A stretch of DNA of 64,000 nucleotides from positions 1 to 64,000 of the IMG/VR virus record IMGVR_UViG_3300045988_161114, one strand, 5' to 3'. This DNA comes from a virus. This document shows, piece by piece, positions 15,835 to 26,145 of the stretch. The stretch's first letter is position 1. Each line of letters opens with the position of its first letter. A program made the position numbers and the translations under genes. Below the pieces are notes generated by a model. It was not told the DNA's origin. It saw only the letters and a list, made by a program, of their open reading frames with translations, and searched no databases.

Positions 15835-16607
15835 TGCAAAATGTTTATATTATAGCTGATAAGGTTTCTAATGCTGATATAGAAGATATTAAAAAAGTCT
15901 TGTCATTTATTGGTATTTCTGAAAGCTTTATCAAAGTGTTAGATGTATCAGCCACAGATATTGATATATCTGATAAAAAATTATTTATCTGCTTTAATAG
16001 TCTCTTTGGCGTAATTGCCCGTAAGTTTATTGAAGCTAAGATTTATAAAGCAAAAGATCTTTTAAATGGTGCGATAGTAGACAGAGATCGTGGCGTTTTG
16101 TTATATGGTCTTACTGGATGTATTAAAGAGTATGCATCTAGTATTGCTGTAAATGATGATAAGATGCAACTCTGGGAATTGCTTCAGGATTTCAAAAAGA
16201 ATCTTGAATCTTTTAGTGCTCCACAAGAGCCTAAGAAAGAGCCTGAAATACATGATAATGGATCATTTGAATTAGTAGAAGATCCATTGGAAAAAGAATT
16301 AGGCTCTAAAAAACAAGATGAAGTAATAACAAATTCAGAAGAATTAGTATCAATAAATGTAGAGGATCTTCTCAATAAGGTTTTGGAAGAAATAAAACTT
16401 TCTGATCCTGGCTTGGGTAAGTCTCTTAAACTGACAAATAGGATATCCCTGACTAATAGTGATGGTAAAGTCCTTAATATTTACCCTGGCAATGTTATTG
16501 ATGATAAAATTCCTGGGGCACATTTGTCTTACAAAGACATGTGCAATATAGTAAAAATGGCTTTAATTTATGGTTCAGACAAAATTGATTTCTGGATTAA
16601 GGATTAA
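15834..16607 (+). CDS. hypothetical protein
   Basis: 257-aa ORF. Its start overlaps the RT stop codon (ttaatg). Confidence 0.7.
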   Translation: MQNVYIIADKVSNADIEDIKKVLSFIGISESFIKVLDVSATDIDISDKKLFICFNSLFGVIARKFIEAKIYKAKDLLNGAIVDRDRGVLLYGLTGCIKEYASSIAVNDDKMQLWELLQDFKKNLESFSAPQEPKKEPEIHDNGSFELVEDPLEKELGSKKQDEVITNSEELVSINVEDLLNKVLEEIKLSDPGLGKSLKLTNRISLTNSDGKVLNIYPGNVIDDKIPGAHLSYKDMCNIVKMALIYGSDKIDFWIKD

Positions 16608-16609
16608 TA

Positions 16610-16990
16610 ATGGAAACACTTACTACTATTAATGGTGATGGAATAATTGCTACAAGTGGTGAAAGCTCTTCTGAGCTTTCTACTACGCCTCCTAATAATT
16701 TGGATATATTAGATGTTGTATCTGCAGAACATAAAGATGATTCTGTAGATTATAAATCACCTGAAGATAGTCCTACTACATTTAGTAGAGTAAAACCTGA
16801 AGTAGAGTATTTTGACATCCGCTTTAATAATAACGGAGCATTAGAATACAATACTAATATGGATATATATAAAGCTCTTGGCGCTATTGATGTTGTAAAA
16901 ACTCAAATAATGAAGAATATTACATCTGCTGGTGATACTCGTAGTGTAATCGATACTGCACTAGAGAATTATTTCATGGGCCGTAAATAA
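16610..16990 (+). CDS. hypothetical protein
   Basis: 126-aa ORF, tightly packed against its neighbours. Confidence 0.65.
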   Translation: METLTTINGDGIIATSGESSSELSTTPPNNLDILDVVSAEHKDDSVDYKSPEDSPTTFSRVKPEVEYFDIRFNNNGALEYNTNMDIYKALGAIDVVKTQIMKNITSAGDTRSVIDTALENYFMGRK

Positions 16991-16991
16991 T

Positions 16992-17513
16992 ATGGCCTAT
17001 TTTGCTGGTGTAGATATATCTATATCATCAACTGGTATTGCTGTCGTTGAGTATCTCGGCGACAGCAAATTTAGACTTATTGATAAGAAAACTATTAGCC
17101 CTTCAAGACATTCCAAAGGATTTGACAGAAAGCTGGAAAATTATCAAGTGTTTAAATTTTATACTGAAAATTTTTCTGCTGCACAAGGAATATCATTCTT
17201 TGTTTTGGAAAACTATAGTTACGGGTCGCCAGGTAAGATAGCTGATCTTGGTGAACTTGGAGGCTTGTATAGATTTCAAATAGTCAATAATCTTAAAAAA
17301 TCATTTGATGTATTGGCACCTCAATCTGTTAAAAAGATTGTTGCTGGAAGCGGTAGAGCTACTAAAGAAGAAGTAAGAGATTCTCTGTCTAAATATATTG
17401 TAGATTTTGAATCTATAAGTTTCAATAATTATGATGAATCTGATGCTGTAGCTATTGCCGTTGCTTATGGACTTTTATTTGAAAAGAATAATAATGAACA
17501 AAGTAAAAGTTAA
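16992..17513 (+). CDS. ruvC: RuvC-like Holliday junction resolvase
   Basis: FAGVDISISSTGIAVVE (Asp), FVLENYSYG (Glu) and YDESDAVAIAVAY (Asp-x-x-Asp) are the RNase H-fold catalytic residues, in RuvC order. Confidence 0.6.
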   Translation: MAYFAGVDISISSTGIAVVEYLGDSKFRLIDKKTISPSRHSKGFDRKLENYQVFKFYTENFSAAQGISFFVLENYSYGSPGKIADLGELGGLYRFQIVNNLKKSFDVLAPQSVKKIVAGSGRATKEEVRDSLSKYIVDFESISFNNYDESDAVAIAVAYGLLFEKNNNEQSKS

Positions 17514-17772
17514 AAATCTTATTAAGGCTTATTCTGAAGTATTGGAAAAAGATTATCCCACTAATGAAGAGTTCTTAATCATACTTGGTAATATTGTAAG
17601 AATATTTGCTTTACAATTTACCCAAAAAGATCCTGATTTATCTGCATTGAATCCTGATGATGCATGGAGTATTGAACGTCATTGTAATGAATATCCTGAA
17701 CATATAGGATTACAATTATTATTGCAATCTCATGTATTAATAAAGCTATCTGAAAGGTTTAAGAATGACTGA
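17494..17772 (+). CDS. hypothetical protein
   Basis: ORF track 17455..17772. The internal ATG at 17494 (MNKVKVKNLIK...) minimises overlap with ruvC. Confidence 0.55.
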   Translation: MNKVKVKNLIKAYSEVLEKDYPTNEEFLIILGNIVRIFALQFTQKDPDLSALNPDDAWSIERHCNEYPEHIGLQLLLQSHVLIKLSERFKND

Positions 17773-18289
17773 TTCGATAGCTGATACAGCACTAGAAGGG
17801 TATCCGGATTACGATAGTGTAACTTCTGATTTCATGTCTCATGCTAAATTTAGAGGTAAGAGCTTAACAGAATGGGAAAGCTTATTAGAATTGCCGCAGA
17901 TTAATGAAACTGATGGCCTAGATGAATTAAAGACCTCTAATATCGAATTCTTAAGAATATGTAGACTAATAATAAATAATTATTCTTATGCTAAATCGTC
18001 TTTTAAGTCTTGCGAGATGCATTATGAAAGAAATCTTGCATTAAAAAGAGCAGAAGTTATTCAAGAATTTCAGGATACTAATGCCGGTAAAAGAATTCCT
18101 GGCAATGATACAATAAATCAATTAGCTAGTTTTAGATGTAATAAAGAATATATTGCTATGAACATAGCAGAAATCTTTTTGAATTTTTGGGAATCTCAAA
18201 AAGAAAAAATAAAATTTTATGATTCAAGGCTAAATAGCCTTGGGTATATAATTGCTATAGAAAATAAATATCAATTCCAATATCAATAA
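17765..18289 (+). CDS. hypothetical protein
   Basis: 174-aa ORF immediately upstream of recA. No motifs recognised. Confidence 0.7.
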   Translation: MTDSIADTALEGYPDYDSVTSDFMSHAKFRGKSLTEWESLLELPQINETDGLDELKTSNIEFLRICRLIINNYSYAKSSFKSCEMHYERNLALKRAEVIQEFQDTNAGKRIPGNDTINQLASFRCNKEYIAMNIAEIFLNFWESQKEKIKFYDSRLNSLGYIIAIENKYQFQYQ

Positions 18290-18303
18290 TAATAGGAATT
18301 AAT

Positions 18304-20868
18304 ATGGCAAGAGTTGCAAAAGAAGTAAAAGAAGGCAAAGAAATAGTTGCCGAAAGTAGTTCTACTATATCTAAAGATGATAGAGCTGCGATAGAAATAC
18401 TGAAAAGAAGTATGAATAAAAAGTATGGTGATGGCGATCAAGTATTCATAACAGATTATGATATGGATCTTGAAGGTATCCCTACTGGTAGTGCAATATT
18501 GGATGCTCTTATTGGTAATGGTGGTTGGGCAGAAGGACGTGTTCATGAAATTCATGGGCAATCAGGTAGTGGTAAATCCTCTATTGTTACATTGACTTGT
18601 GCTAATGCACTTAAGAAGCATCCTGATAAATTTATACTATACATTGACGCAGAGCAAGCACAAAACTTCCGCTATATGAAGTTACTTGGACTTGATATGG
18701 AAAAAGATGATAGAATTCTTTTTACTCAGGTTAATTCTGCTGAAGAAGCATTTGATATTATAAATAATTCTATTAAAACAGGTGCATTTAGTCTTATCGT
18801 TTTAGATAGTGTGCCTGCAATACAAACTAAACGTGAAATGAGTGGTGATTTCACTCAAGAAACTATGGCCGAGAAGGCTAGGTTCCTGTCTAAATCTATC
18901 CCTCAATTATTGAAACCTCTGAAACGTTCTAATACTACTCTGATCTTTGTTAATCAAGTAAGGGACAAAATGGATCTTTGGGGTGGGATGGTAACTCCAG
19001 GTAATATAAGCTTTTATTTTTTGACATATCATGTTATAATAGTCTTAATATAGAAAACATTAATTGTTTTAATTTTAAGGTTATAATATGAGATGGTCAA
19101 AATCTGAAGACGATATAATAATTGATTTTATCAGAAATACAAATAATAGAACATTCAAAGATTTACATGAGATGTTTCCAGATAGAACTATATATTCTAT
19201 AAAAATGAGATACCGGTATCGTAAAAGAAATATGTCTGGTAATTATATAACAAAAATCTGGACCAAAGATAAAATAAATATTTTACTCGAAAATTATACT
19301 AATAAAAATATATATGAACTTAGTGAAATTCTCGATATTAAATATTCTACTATTCATGCTAAATTAAGGGATATGAATTTAGTCCCTAAACAAATATTAA
19401 AAAGCTATACAGAAGAAGATGATTTATTTATAAAGGAAAATTATAAAAAAATTAAAACTTCTGATATTGCTTTTGAACTTAAAGTATCTCCCGATGCTAT
19501 TATTCAGAGAGCAGCAAAATTAGGACTTAATACATCTAAAACTAAAAATTATACTGAAGATGAGAAAATTTTTATAATTGAAAATTATTCTAAAATTCCT
19601 ATTGCTGAAATTTCCAAAGTAACTGGAAGAAGTTATTCTTCTATAAATAGTTTTGCTAGAAGAAATAATTTAATTCCGTATAGTAAAATACTGTATGAAA
19701 ATAATGTTAAATTTATTTTGGAAAATTATGAGTCAATGACAGATTCCGAGATATCAAGAAAAATTTCTTTATCAATAGATGCTGTTGAAAATATCCGGAA
19801 AAATCATGGGATATATAAGTCCCCTGCGTTAATTAATGGGATTTCATCTATTGAAAAATTTGTAAAAAATGTTCTTGACGAATTATCCATTAAATATGTT
19901 TATTGTGCAGAACTTGGAAATTTTAAACCTGATTTTCTTTTAGAAAATGGTAAAATTATCGAAGTTAATGGTGATTATTGGCATTGTAATCCTCGTATTT
20001 ATGGCAATGGGCCAGAAGATGAGATACAAGTTAAGCATGTATTAAGAGATTATTCTAAGAAATGTTATTATTTGTCAAATAATATCGATTATATAGAGGT
20101 CTGGGAACATGATATTAATCATAACCCAAACCTAATTGTCGAACAGATAAAGGCTTTCTGCCGTTCATAGTAGAAATATTATGAATTATTATAGCGGAAT
20201 TAAGCGAGAAAATCCTCCCTGTTTCATAGGACAACTCGAACCGAAGGCTAGCTTTAAAAGGCTGGTCAGGGGCAACGCATAGAAGCTGAAACTAATAAAA
20301 AGAATATAATGCTTCCACGAGGCCGCTATACCTAAGTCTTTTTAGATATGGTAAAAAAATATGCTGAACTACATTGTAATGATGTAGAAGCAAAGATAAA
20401 AAACTTTGCGATAACAAATTGGGAAGAGCAATTCCATTTTACTCAAGTACACGTGTTAAAGTTAACTCTACTCCATCTATGCGAATAAAAGGATTAAATG
20501 ATAATTATATTGGCCAAAGAGTAGAATTTTCTGTTGTTAAAAATAAAGTTGGCAATCCGTTTGGCGTTGCTGAAAGCAATCTTTATTTTGGTGTAGGTTT
20601 TAATCCTGTTGAAGAATTAGTTTCTACAGCTGTTAAAGCTGGTATTATCACTAGGGCTGGTTCATGGTTTACTATCCCAGTTAAAAATGATAAAGACGAA
20701 TATATTAAATGTCAGGGTGAAAACGGCTGTTGTGTTTATTATAAAGAGCATCTAGATCATTTAGAAGAATTAAGACAAATTGTTAATAAACATAAAGATT
20801 CTATTTTTGATCAAATGTCTGATGAAGATGTAAAAGAGGCATCTGAAAGTGAAGTATTAGATGAGTAA
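18304..20868 (+). CDS. recA: RecA-family recombinase, two exons: join(18304..19002,20422..20868)
   Basis: IPTGSAILDALIGNGGWAEGRVHEIHGQSGSGKSS (Walker A) and LIFVNQVRDKM. The spliced junction GMVTPG|GRAIPFYSSTRVKV restores the RecA motif TTGGNALKFYASVR. Confidence 0.85.
19003..20421 (+). mobile_element. group I intron (1419 nt) carrying a homing-endonuclease ORF
   Basis: The exon ends in U (ccaggt|) and the intron ends in G (aaattg|gga). The 3' ~250 nt (ggaattaagcgagaa...ccacgaggccg...aaatatgctgaac) is clearly homologous to the ORF-less dnaE introns at 29686 and 30414. Confidence 0.85.
19088..20170 (+). CDS. intron-encoded homing endonuclease: five HTH repeats plus a Vsr-like/PD-(D/E)XK nuclease domain
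   Basis: Five ~45-aa repeats (WSKSEDDIIIDF.., WTKDKINILLENY.., YTEEDDLFIKENY.., YTEDEKIFIIENY.., YENNVKFILENY..). These are followed by FKPDFLLENGKIIEVNGDYWHCNP...IEVWEHD. Confidence 0.65.
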   Translation: MRWSKSEDDIIIDFIRNTNNRTFKDLHEMFPDRTIYSIKMRYRYRKRNMSGNYITKIWTKDKINILLENYTNKNIYELSEILDIKYSTIHAKLRDMNLVPKQILKSYTEEDDLFIKENYKKIKTSDIAFELKVSPDAIIQRAAKLGLNTSKTKNYTEDEKIFIIENYSKIPIAEISKVTGRSYSSINSFARRNNLIPYSKILYENNVKFILENYESMTDSEISRKISLSIDAVENIRKNHGIYKSPALINGISSIEKFVKNVLDELSIKYVYCAELGNFKPDFLLENGKIIEVNGDYWHCNPRIYGNGPEDEIQVKHVLRDYSKKCYYLSNNIDYIEVWEHDINHNPNLIVEQIKAFCRS

Positions 20869-21133
20869 ATTCTCTGATATTGTTTACGACCGTGTCCATA
20901 AGGATGCGGTCTCTCTTTTTATTGGAACTTTAGGTCAGGTATTTAATGGTTACCATAGCTTTGATATTTCTGGCTCTAATTTGTATAATGGTTATTCCTT
21001 CGAAATGAATGAAAATTATACAGAACAAGATGTTAGAATTTGTATTAAATTGTTAGAATTAAATGGCTTTGACGTTAAAGTCAAAGAACAGGATTCTAAA
21101 TTAAAGGGTTTTTCTATAACATGGAAAAAATAA
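20861..21133 (+). CDS. hypothetical protein
   Basis: 90-aa ORF overlapping the recA stop codon. Confidence 0.6.
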   Translation: MSKFSDIVYDRVHKDAVSLFIGTLGQVFNGYHSFDISGSNLYNGYSFEMNENYTEQDVRICIKLLELNGFDVKVKEQDSKLKGFSITWKK

Positions 21134-21606
21134 AAAATGCTCAAGATTCGATAATGGAGTTTATGAAAGCTTGTGAGCAAGAAGTAAGAGAAACTCCCTC
21201 TGTGCCATCTAAAGAAGCTGTATATTTAAGAGCTAAGCTTACATTAGAAGAATGTACAGAATTTATTGAAGCGCTGTTTACTGGTGAAAGCAGAAAGCTT
21301 CCTTATACTAAGATGGTTATTGTTAGCCTTAAGGCTGCAATGTCTGCTTTAGAATTGGGGGCTAAACATCAAGATTTTAATCCTGCTGATGTTGATATGA
21401 AAGAAGTATTAGACGCTATTACTGATATTGAGTATGTAAATATTGGTGCGGCCAATACATTTGGATTTGATCTTGAAAAGTCTTTTAATATAGTCCATGA
21501 TTCTAATATGTCTAAACTAGTTGATGGTAAAGCTGTTAAAAATGAATTTGGCAAAGTTATTAAAGGGCCTAATTATTATCCGCCCAATTTAGATGGATTA
21601 TACTGA
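21121..21606 (+). CDS. MazG-like all-alpha NTP pyrophosphohydrolase
   Basis: LRAKLTLEECTEFIEAL and VLDAITDIEYVNIGAANTFGFDLEKSFNIVHDSNMSKL fit the phage MazG/HisE-like pattern (EE..E ... DaLaDi.Yv..G ... vh.SNmSK). Confidence 0.55.
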   Translation: MEKIKNAQDSIMEFMKACEQEVRETPSVPSKEAVYLRAKLTLEECTEFIEALFTGESRKLPYTKMVIVSLKAAMSALELGAKHQDFNPADVDMKEVLDAITDIEYVNIGAANTFGFDLEKSFNIVHDSNMSKLVDGKAVKNEFGKVIKGPNYYPPNLDGLY

Positions 21607-22106
21607 TGAATAAATTTAAAGCTTTCTTGTTCCTAGTATTATTGTTTTTTATTTTAATTGTATCATTACCATTATTGTTTTTGATTTCACTGTATTGTTT
21701 ATTCTTCTGTAAAGAAGATAAAGTTATTTTAAACGAAGCTAAAAAAGAATTGGCTAAGTTTAAAAAGCATTGTGAAGAAGATGAATCATTTAAGACTCAA
21801 ATAAGTGAAATGTCTATATCAGATAAATTTGATGTTTATAACTGTTATATGGCGGCAGTAGACAATAAAATTGATTTTGATGAAAATAAGGCTATTAAAT
21901 TTATTAAAAAGAAATGGCCTTTGCCTTATGCTATGTGGAAACCTAAAGAGGAATCTATGTATAATGAAATCCGTGCTAAAGCATGGTTTCTATGGGCACT
22001 AGAGGATTTGGGAATTGAATTTCCTGAAATAGAAGATATTGAATTTGTTTATAATACAGATTATCTTTCTATCGATATTGAAAAATTTAAAAATATTTTT
22101 AATTAA
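21606..22106 (+). CDS. hypothetical membrane-anchored protein
   Basis: N-terminal hydrophobic stretch FLFLVLLFFILIVSLPLLFLISLYCLFF. Confidence 0.65.
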   Translation: MNKFKAFLFLVLLFFILIVSLPLLFLISLYCLFFCKEDKVILNEAKKELAKFKKHCEEDESFKTQISEMSISDKFDVYNCYMAAVDNKIDFDENKAIKFIKKKWPLPYAMWKPKEESMYNEIRAKAWFLWALEDLGIEFPEIEDIEFVYNTDYLSIDIEKFKNIFN

Positions 22107-22117
22107 TAAGAAATAAT

Positions 22118-23479
22118 ATGGATTTTGTGTCTACTCCTGAGAATCCCGATGGGGATATTAAACCAGAAGATTTTGGTATGTATACTAATCTTCATGCCCA
22201 TAGTGTTTTTAGCCCACTAGATGGTTATGGTAAACTAGATGATTACTGTAAAAGAGCTAAAGCTCTTGGATTCAAAGGTTTATGCCTATCAGAACATGGC
22301 AATATGATGGGTCATAAAGACCAAGAGAAAATATGTAAGAAATATGGTATAAAACCTATTTATGCAAATGAAGGTTATATGACTCTTCATAGCGGTGCGA
22401 GAAAAGAAAAAATAGAAGGATATAAAGCTAATTACCATATCCTTCTTATAGCTATGAATGATGTAGGTTATAAAAACCTTATGAAGATTACCTCTATTGC
22501 GTGGACTAGATATAAGTATTATAAGCCCAGATTTGACCTTGATCTTTTAAGAGAGAATAATGAAGGCATTATTTGCACTAGTGCATGTTTAGGTGGACCA
22601 ATTAATCAGCTGTACCTCGATGGTAAAGAAGAGGAAGCTGAACAGATTGCTCTAATCCTTAAAGGTATTTTTAAGGATAGGTTCTATCTTGAAAAAACCT
22701 ATACTGGATTAAAAGAACAGGACATTGCAAATAAAAATTTAGTTGAATTGTCCAAGAAGCATAACATACCAATGATTATTACTTGTGATAGTCATTATGT
22801 TTATCCGTGGGAATCTGATTCCCATATGAAACTTGTTATGTTAAACACAGGTGGTCAATTAAATAAAGCTGCCAAAAGTGTAGATTTAACTGATACTGAA
22901 AAAGATGATTCTGATGTAGATAATAACTCTATGTTCTATCAGCCATCACAGTATTATGTCAAACCTCATCATGTTCTTGTTGAGGAATATTATTCTAATC
23001 CAGAAGATGCTGAAGCTTTTGCAAATACCAACAAGATTGCCGAGATGTGTAATGTTACATTACCTAGTAGTGATAGAATGGTTTATCCAGAACCATTTGA
23101 TGATCCAGATAAGGTTTTAAGAGATCGTGCATATGTATGGTATGATGTATATACAAAAGATTTTGAAGATGACAAGAAAAAGCTTTATAAAGATAGACTT
23201 GAGGAAGAATTAAGTCTCTACGAAAAGATGGGTTTTAGCTCTTATCCTCTTGTACTTCAAGATATTATTGAATATGCTAAAAATAATGATATTATGACTG
23301 GCCCTGGACGAGGCAGTGCTGCAGGAAGTTTATTGTCATTTGCACTAGGGCTGACCGCTATTGATCCTATTCCATATGGACTATTATTCTCCAGATATTT
23401 AAATTCTGGCCGTGCTAAATATCCTCTTATTGAAATTCCTGGATATCCATTAAAAGAATGGAATAATAAAGAAGTGTAA
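22118..23479 (+). CDS. dnaE: DNA polymerase III alpha (DnaE) N-terminal fragment: PHP domain up to the palm active-site motif
   Basis: NLHAHSVFSPLDGYG, LSEHGNMMG, and GPGRGSAAGSLLSFALGLTAIDPIPYGLLFSRYLNSGRAKYP. The last aligns with E. coli [42 protein letters not shown]. The match stops exactly before PDFDVDF, after which 17 unrelated codons run to a stop. Confidence 0.85.
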   Translation: MDFVSTPENPDGDIKPEDFGMYTNLHAHSVFSPLDGYGKLDDYCKRAKALGFKGLCLSEHGNMMGHKDQEKICKKYGIKPIYANEGYMTLHSGARKEKIEGYKANYHILLIAMNDVGYKNLMKITSIAWTRYKYYKPRFDLDLLRENNEGIICTSACLGGPINQLYLDGKEEEAEQIALILKGIFKDRFYLEKTYTGLKEQDIANKNLVELSKKHNIPMIITCDSHYVYPWESDSHMKLVMLNTGGQLNKAAKSVDLTDTEKDDSDVDNNSMFYQPSQYYVKPHHVLVEEYYSNPEDAEAFANTNKIAEMCNVTLPSSDRMVYPEPFDDPDKVLRDRAYVWYDVYTKDFEDDKKKLYKDRLEEELSLYEKMGFSSYPLVLQDIIEYAKNNDIMTGPGRGSAAGSLLSFALGLTAIDPIPYGLLFSRYLNSGRAKYPLIEIPGYPLKEWNNKEV

Positions 23480-23497
23480 ATAGTTTCTTTTAGGTAT

Positions 23498-23519
23498 AGC
23501 CACTTTTAAGTAAGTGGCT
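23498..23519 (+). terminator. hairpin downstream of the dnaE N-fragment (weak terminator)
   Basis: 8-bp stem agccactt / aagtggct. The downstream T-tract is poor. Confidence 0.4.
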
Positions 23520-23588
23520 TATCATATATAAGATATAAGTGGATATACTTATCCCGTAGAATATATGATTTCTTTTTAAGGAAATAAA

Positions 23589-23798
23589 ATGCCTGAAACA
23601 AGTAAACCTGTTGGATTCAGCATTCCTCAATGGACTACTGGTACTAGCTCTCTAATGAGAACTGATGGTGCTGGATCCGTTAAACGTGTATCTACAAATG
23701 ATGATATCAGAATTAATGATATTAATGATATGCGAACTTTTTTAGAATCTCTATCAGAACATACTCATAGTTATACAGACTCTATTGGGAGCTGTTAA
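23589..23798 (+). CDS. hypothetical 69-aa protein (possible precursor peptide or small structural protein)
   Basis: First ORF of the cassette, with aaggaaataaaatg at the start. It ends ...SEHTHSYTDSIGSC. The next ORF overlaps its stop codon (taatg). Confidence 0.55.
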   Translation: MPETSKPVGFSIPQWTTGTSSLMRTDGAGSVKRVSTNDDIRINDINDMRTFLESLSEHTHSYTDSIGSC

Positions 23799-24439
23799 TG
23801 ACTAGCAAATTCTCTTTTTATGATTTTGATAATTTTGTTATAAATGATCCAAATAAAGAGCGTCTTGGTGATTTTCTAAAAAACGAATGGCAAAGAGATA
23901 AAGATGACACTTTGCTTTGTGAAAGATTGTTTTTCCTTGCCAATGATTTAGAAGATCTAGAATTCGATATAGATATTTATGTCTTTATTAAAGATTTATT
24001 CAATTGGGCAATAGAACAAATTTCTCAAAAAGAGGGTACAGATAAAAATTCTAAAGAATTTATAAACTGTATTAGTTTATTGCGTTTTGGATTGGGTCTT
24101 GTTGAGATGTATTATGTCCCAAGAAGCTTTTCAAAACTTGTTGATAAAACAAAAGATGACAAAAATAATATTCCCTCTACAGTTAGTGCAATAGTTAATT
24201 CTCTTATTGCTACATATGATCTTTGGAATGGAATAGAAGAATCTGATTTCATTGATCTTAAATATCAGTTTGTATTTGACTATGAGACTGATGTTTATTA
24301 TGCTGTAATTAGAGATTATGTTGCTAATATGAATCAAGAAATTAAACCTATTGTTACTCATCCATTTGTTTTATTTGATGATAATAAATCTGGTATTGAG
24401 ACTTTTAAGAAAAGACTTGCTGAAGCTTGTTCAAAATAA
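23798..24439 (+). CDS. hypothetical acidic protein
   Basis: 213-aa ORF, translationally coupled to the preceding gene. Confidence 0.7.
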   Translation: MTSKFSFYDFDNFVINDPNKERLGDFLKNEWQRDKDDTLLCERLFFLANDLEDLEFDIDIYVFIKDLFNWAIEQISQKEGTDKNSKEFINCISLLRFGLGLVEMYYVPRSFSKLVDKTKDDKNNIPSTVSAIVNSLIATYDLWNGIEESDFIDLKYQFVFDYETDVYYAVIRDYVANMNQEIKPIVTHPFVLFDDNKSGIETFKKRLAEACSK

Positions 24440-24445
24440 TATAAT

Positions 24446-24471
24446 AGCCTGCCTTATGGCGGGCTTTTTTA
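24446..24471 (+). terminator. rho-independent terminator
   Basis: Stem agcctgcc / ggcgggct, loop ttat, then tttttt. Confidence 0.7.
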
Positions 24472-24480
24472 GGACTTTAA

Positions 24481-25584
24481 ATGTTATTACCTATTGTATT
24501 TAGTAATCATTGTGATCTTGATTGTACATATTGCTGTATACAATCCAAAAATATGAGTCCATTTTTAGATATCAATAAAATTGATAACTTTATTGCAACC
24601 TATTCTACTAAAAAGAATATAGTAGAATTTTATGGTGGTGAACCTACATTACACAAAGATTTAATTTTTGAGACTATAAAGCTTATTAATGATAAGCATT
24701 CTGACAAAGAATTTTCTTATCGTTTGTATACAAATGGTGTATTTAAAGATTATTCTGTTGACGAGATTAAATTCATAGCATCAAATATAGACGAGATACT
24801 ATTATCTCTTGATGGATTTGATTACGAAGACAATACAAAACGTTTTACATCTATTGATGAATATAATTCTGTAATTAATAATCTGAAAGTTCTTATATCT
24901 AATGATGCTAATGTAGGAATAAGTTCTGTTTTGTATAATATGTCTAACTATTCTAAGATATATGATAATTATAAAAAATTTTTTGACATTGGTGTTAGAT
25001 ATTTTTCTTATGAGCCGTTGACTATATTTCAAACAGATAAGGCTGTTGTTATTCCTAAGAAGTTTATGAAAGCTTTTACAAAAAATATTTATAAGGTTGT
25101 AAAAGATATTTCTGATAATGATTTAATAGGCGAAGTAGAACTATTTGTTGCTAAAGAGTTATTATCTTCTTCTTGGTATAATAATGGGGAAAAGACACAA
25201 TGCAGTAAATGGATTAGGGCATTAAGTCCTCGTGGCAATATATACATGTGTAGGGATCATGCCGCAAATGAAGAAGAGATGTTCTTTTCTCCAAAAGTAA
25301 TACAATTCTTTAACAAGAATAATTTAAAAATAGATAATGGATCATTTCCATTTGTTGAACAAAATGAAAATAATTTAACTCTGTGTTCTGTTAAAAATAT
25401 TCAATACAGAGATTTAAAAATAGATGACAAGTTATATTGGTTAGATGATGAATGGCAAGATTTAATAATAAGGCCATTGTATCAAATTATTATGGCTATT
25501 GATGTTGGTGATAAGTCCATCAAGCCATATATAGAAAAATATATTTCTATGCTCCCTGCTATATTTGAAAGACTTAAAATATGA
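24481..25584 (+). CDS. radical SAM enzyme with twitch/partial-SPASM-like C-terminal Cys motif
   Basis: FSNHCDLDCTYCC gives C-x3-C-x2-C. EFYGGEPTLH is also present. Downstream, CSKWIRALSPRGNIYMC gives C-x10-G-x4-C, the first half of the SPASM/twitch signature. Confidence 0.75.
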   Translation: MLLPIVFSNHCDLDCTYCCIQSKNMSPFLDINKIDNFIATYSTKKNIVEFYGGEPTLHKDLIFETIKLINDKHSDKEFSYRLYTNGVFKDYSVDEIKFIASNIDEILLSLDGFDYEDNTKRFTSIDEYNSVINNLKVLISNDANVGISSVLYNMSNYSKIYDNYKKFFDIGVRYFSYEPLTIFQTDKAVVIPKKFMKAFTKNIYKVVKDISDNDLIGEVELFVAKELLSSSWYNNGEKTQCSKWIRALSPRGNIYMCRDHAANEEEMFFSPKVIQFFNKNNLKIDNGSFPFVEQNENNLTLCSVKNIQYRDLKIDDKLYWLDDEWQDLIIRPLYQIIMAIDVGDKSIKPYIEKYISMLPAIFERLKI

Positions 25585-26144
25585 TTTCTATTAGAAAAGC
25601 TACAGAATCTGATGTAGAATTCATGATCGAATGTATCAATAAAGATTATCAGATTAATGATTATCAAATGGATTTTGATGATTGGATTGCTGACGTATTC
25701 CCGGGCGGCAGAGATTTAAAAACAATTCAAACATATGTTAATCCTAAATTACCCCAAGATTTATATATTGTTAATACTGGATACAAAGATGTTGGATTCT
25801 TTAGTCAAGATGTAGATGAAACTAATTCTACAATTGGCGGTATTGCCTTTATGCATAGACATGCATGTAAAATGGCTATATTAAAAATAATTAAAGCCAT
25901 TGCTATTAGGGGTACTTTAATATCTGATAATTATAGATATTTTGAATACAATACATGGAATAAGTTAATTGTTACTGTTGTTCAGTCAGTTATTCCTAGT
26001 TTAAAAGAATTTAAAATAACCGATGGTTATCGTATTGTAGTTGGTGAAACTAATTACAGTAAAGAAAAGGTCGATGCTGTTAAAGATAAGTATAATATCA
26101 CAGACCTCACAAAAGATTTTACATTTTGTTTTGATGATAGATAA
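25581..26144 (+). CDS. GNAT-like N-acetyltransferase (tentative)
   Basis: It starts MISIRKATESDVEFMIECI, typical of GNAT N-termini, and has the right size (187 aa). The Q/RxxGxG/A motif is not clearly seen. Confidence 0.35.
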   Translation: MISIRKATESDVEFMIECINKDYQINDYQMDFDDWIADVFPGGRDLKTIQTYVNPKLPQDLYIVNTGYKDVGFFSQDVDETNSTIGGIAFMHRHACKMAILKIIKAIAIRGTLISDNYRYFEYNTWNKLIVTVVQSVIPSLKEFKITDGYRIVVGETNYSKEKVDAVKDKYNITDLTKDFTFCFDDR

Positions 26145-26145
26145 T

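Noticed and set aside
13677-15900. A diversity-generating retroelement or retron around the RT gene.
   Set aside because: I saw no ~100-bp template/variable repeat pair, no msr/msd-like inverted repeats and no accessory Avd-like gene next to the RT. The 58-nt upstream spacer holds only a terminator. A computational repeat search of the whole genome is still needed.
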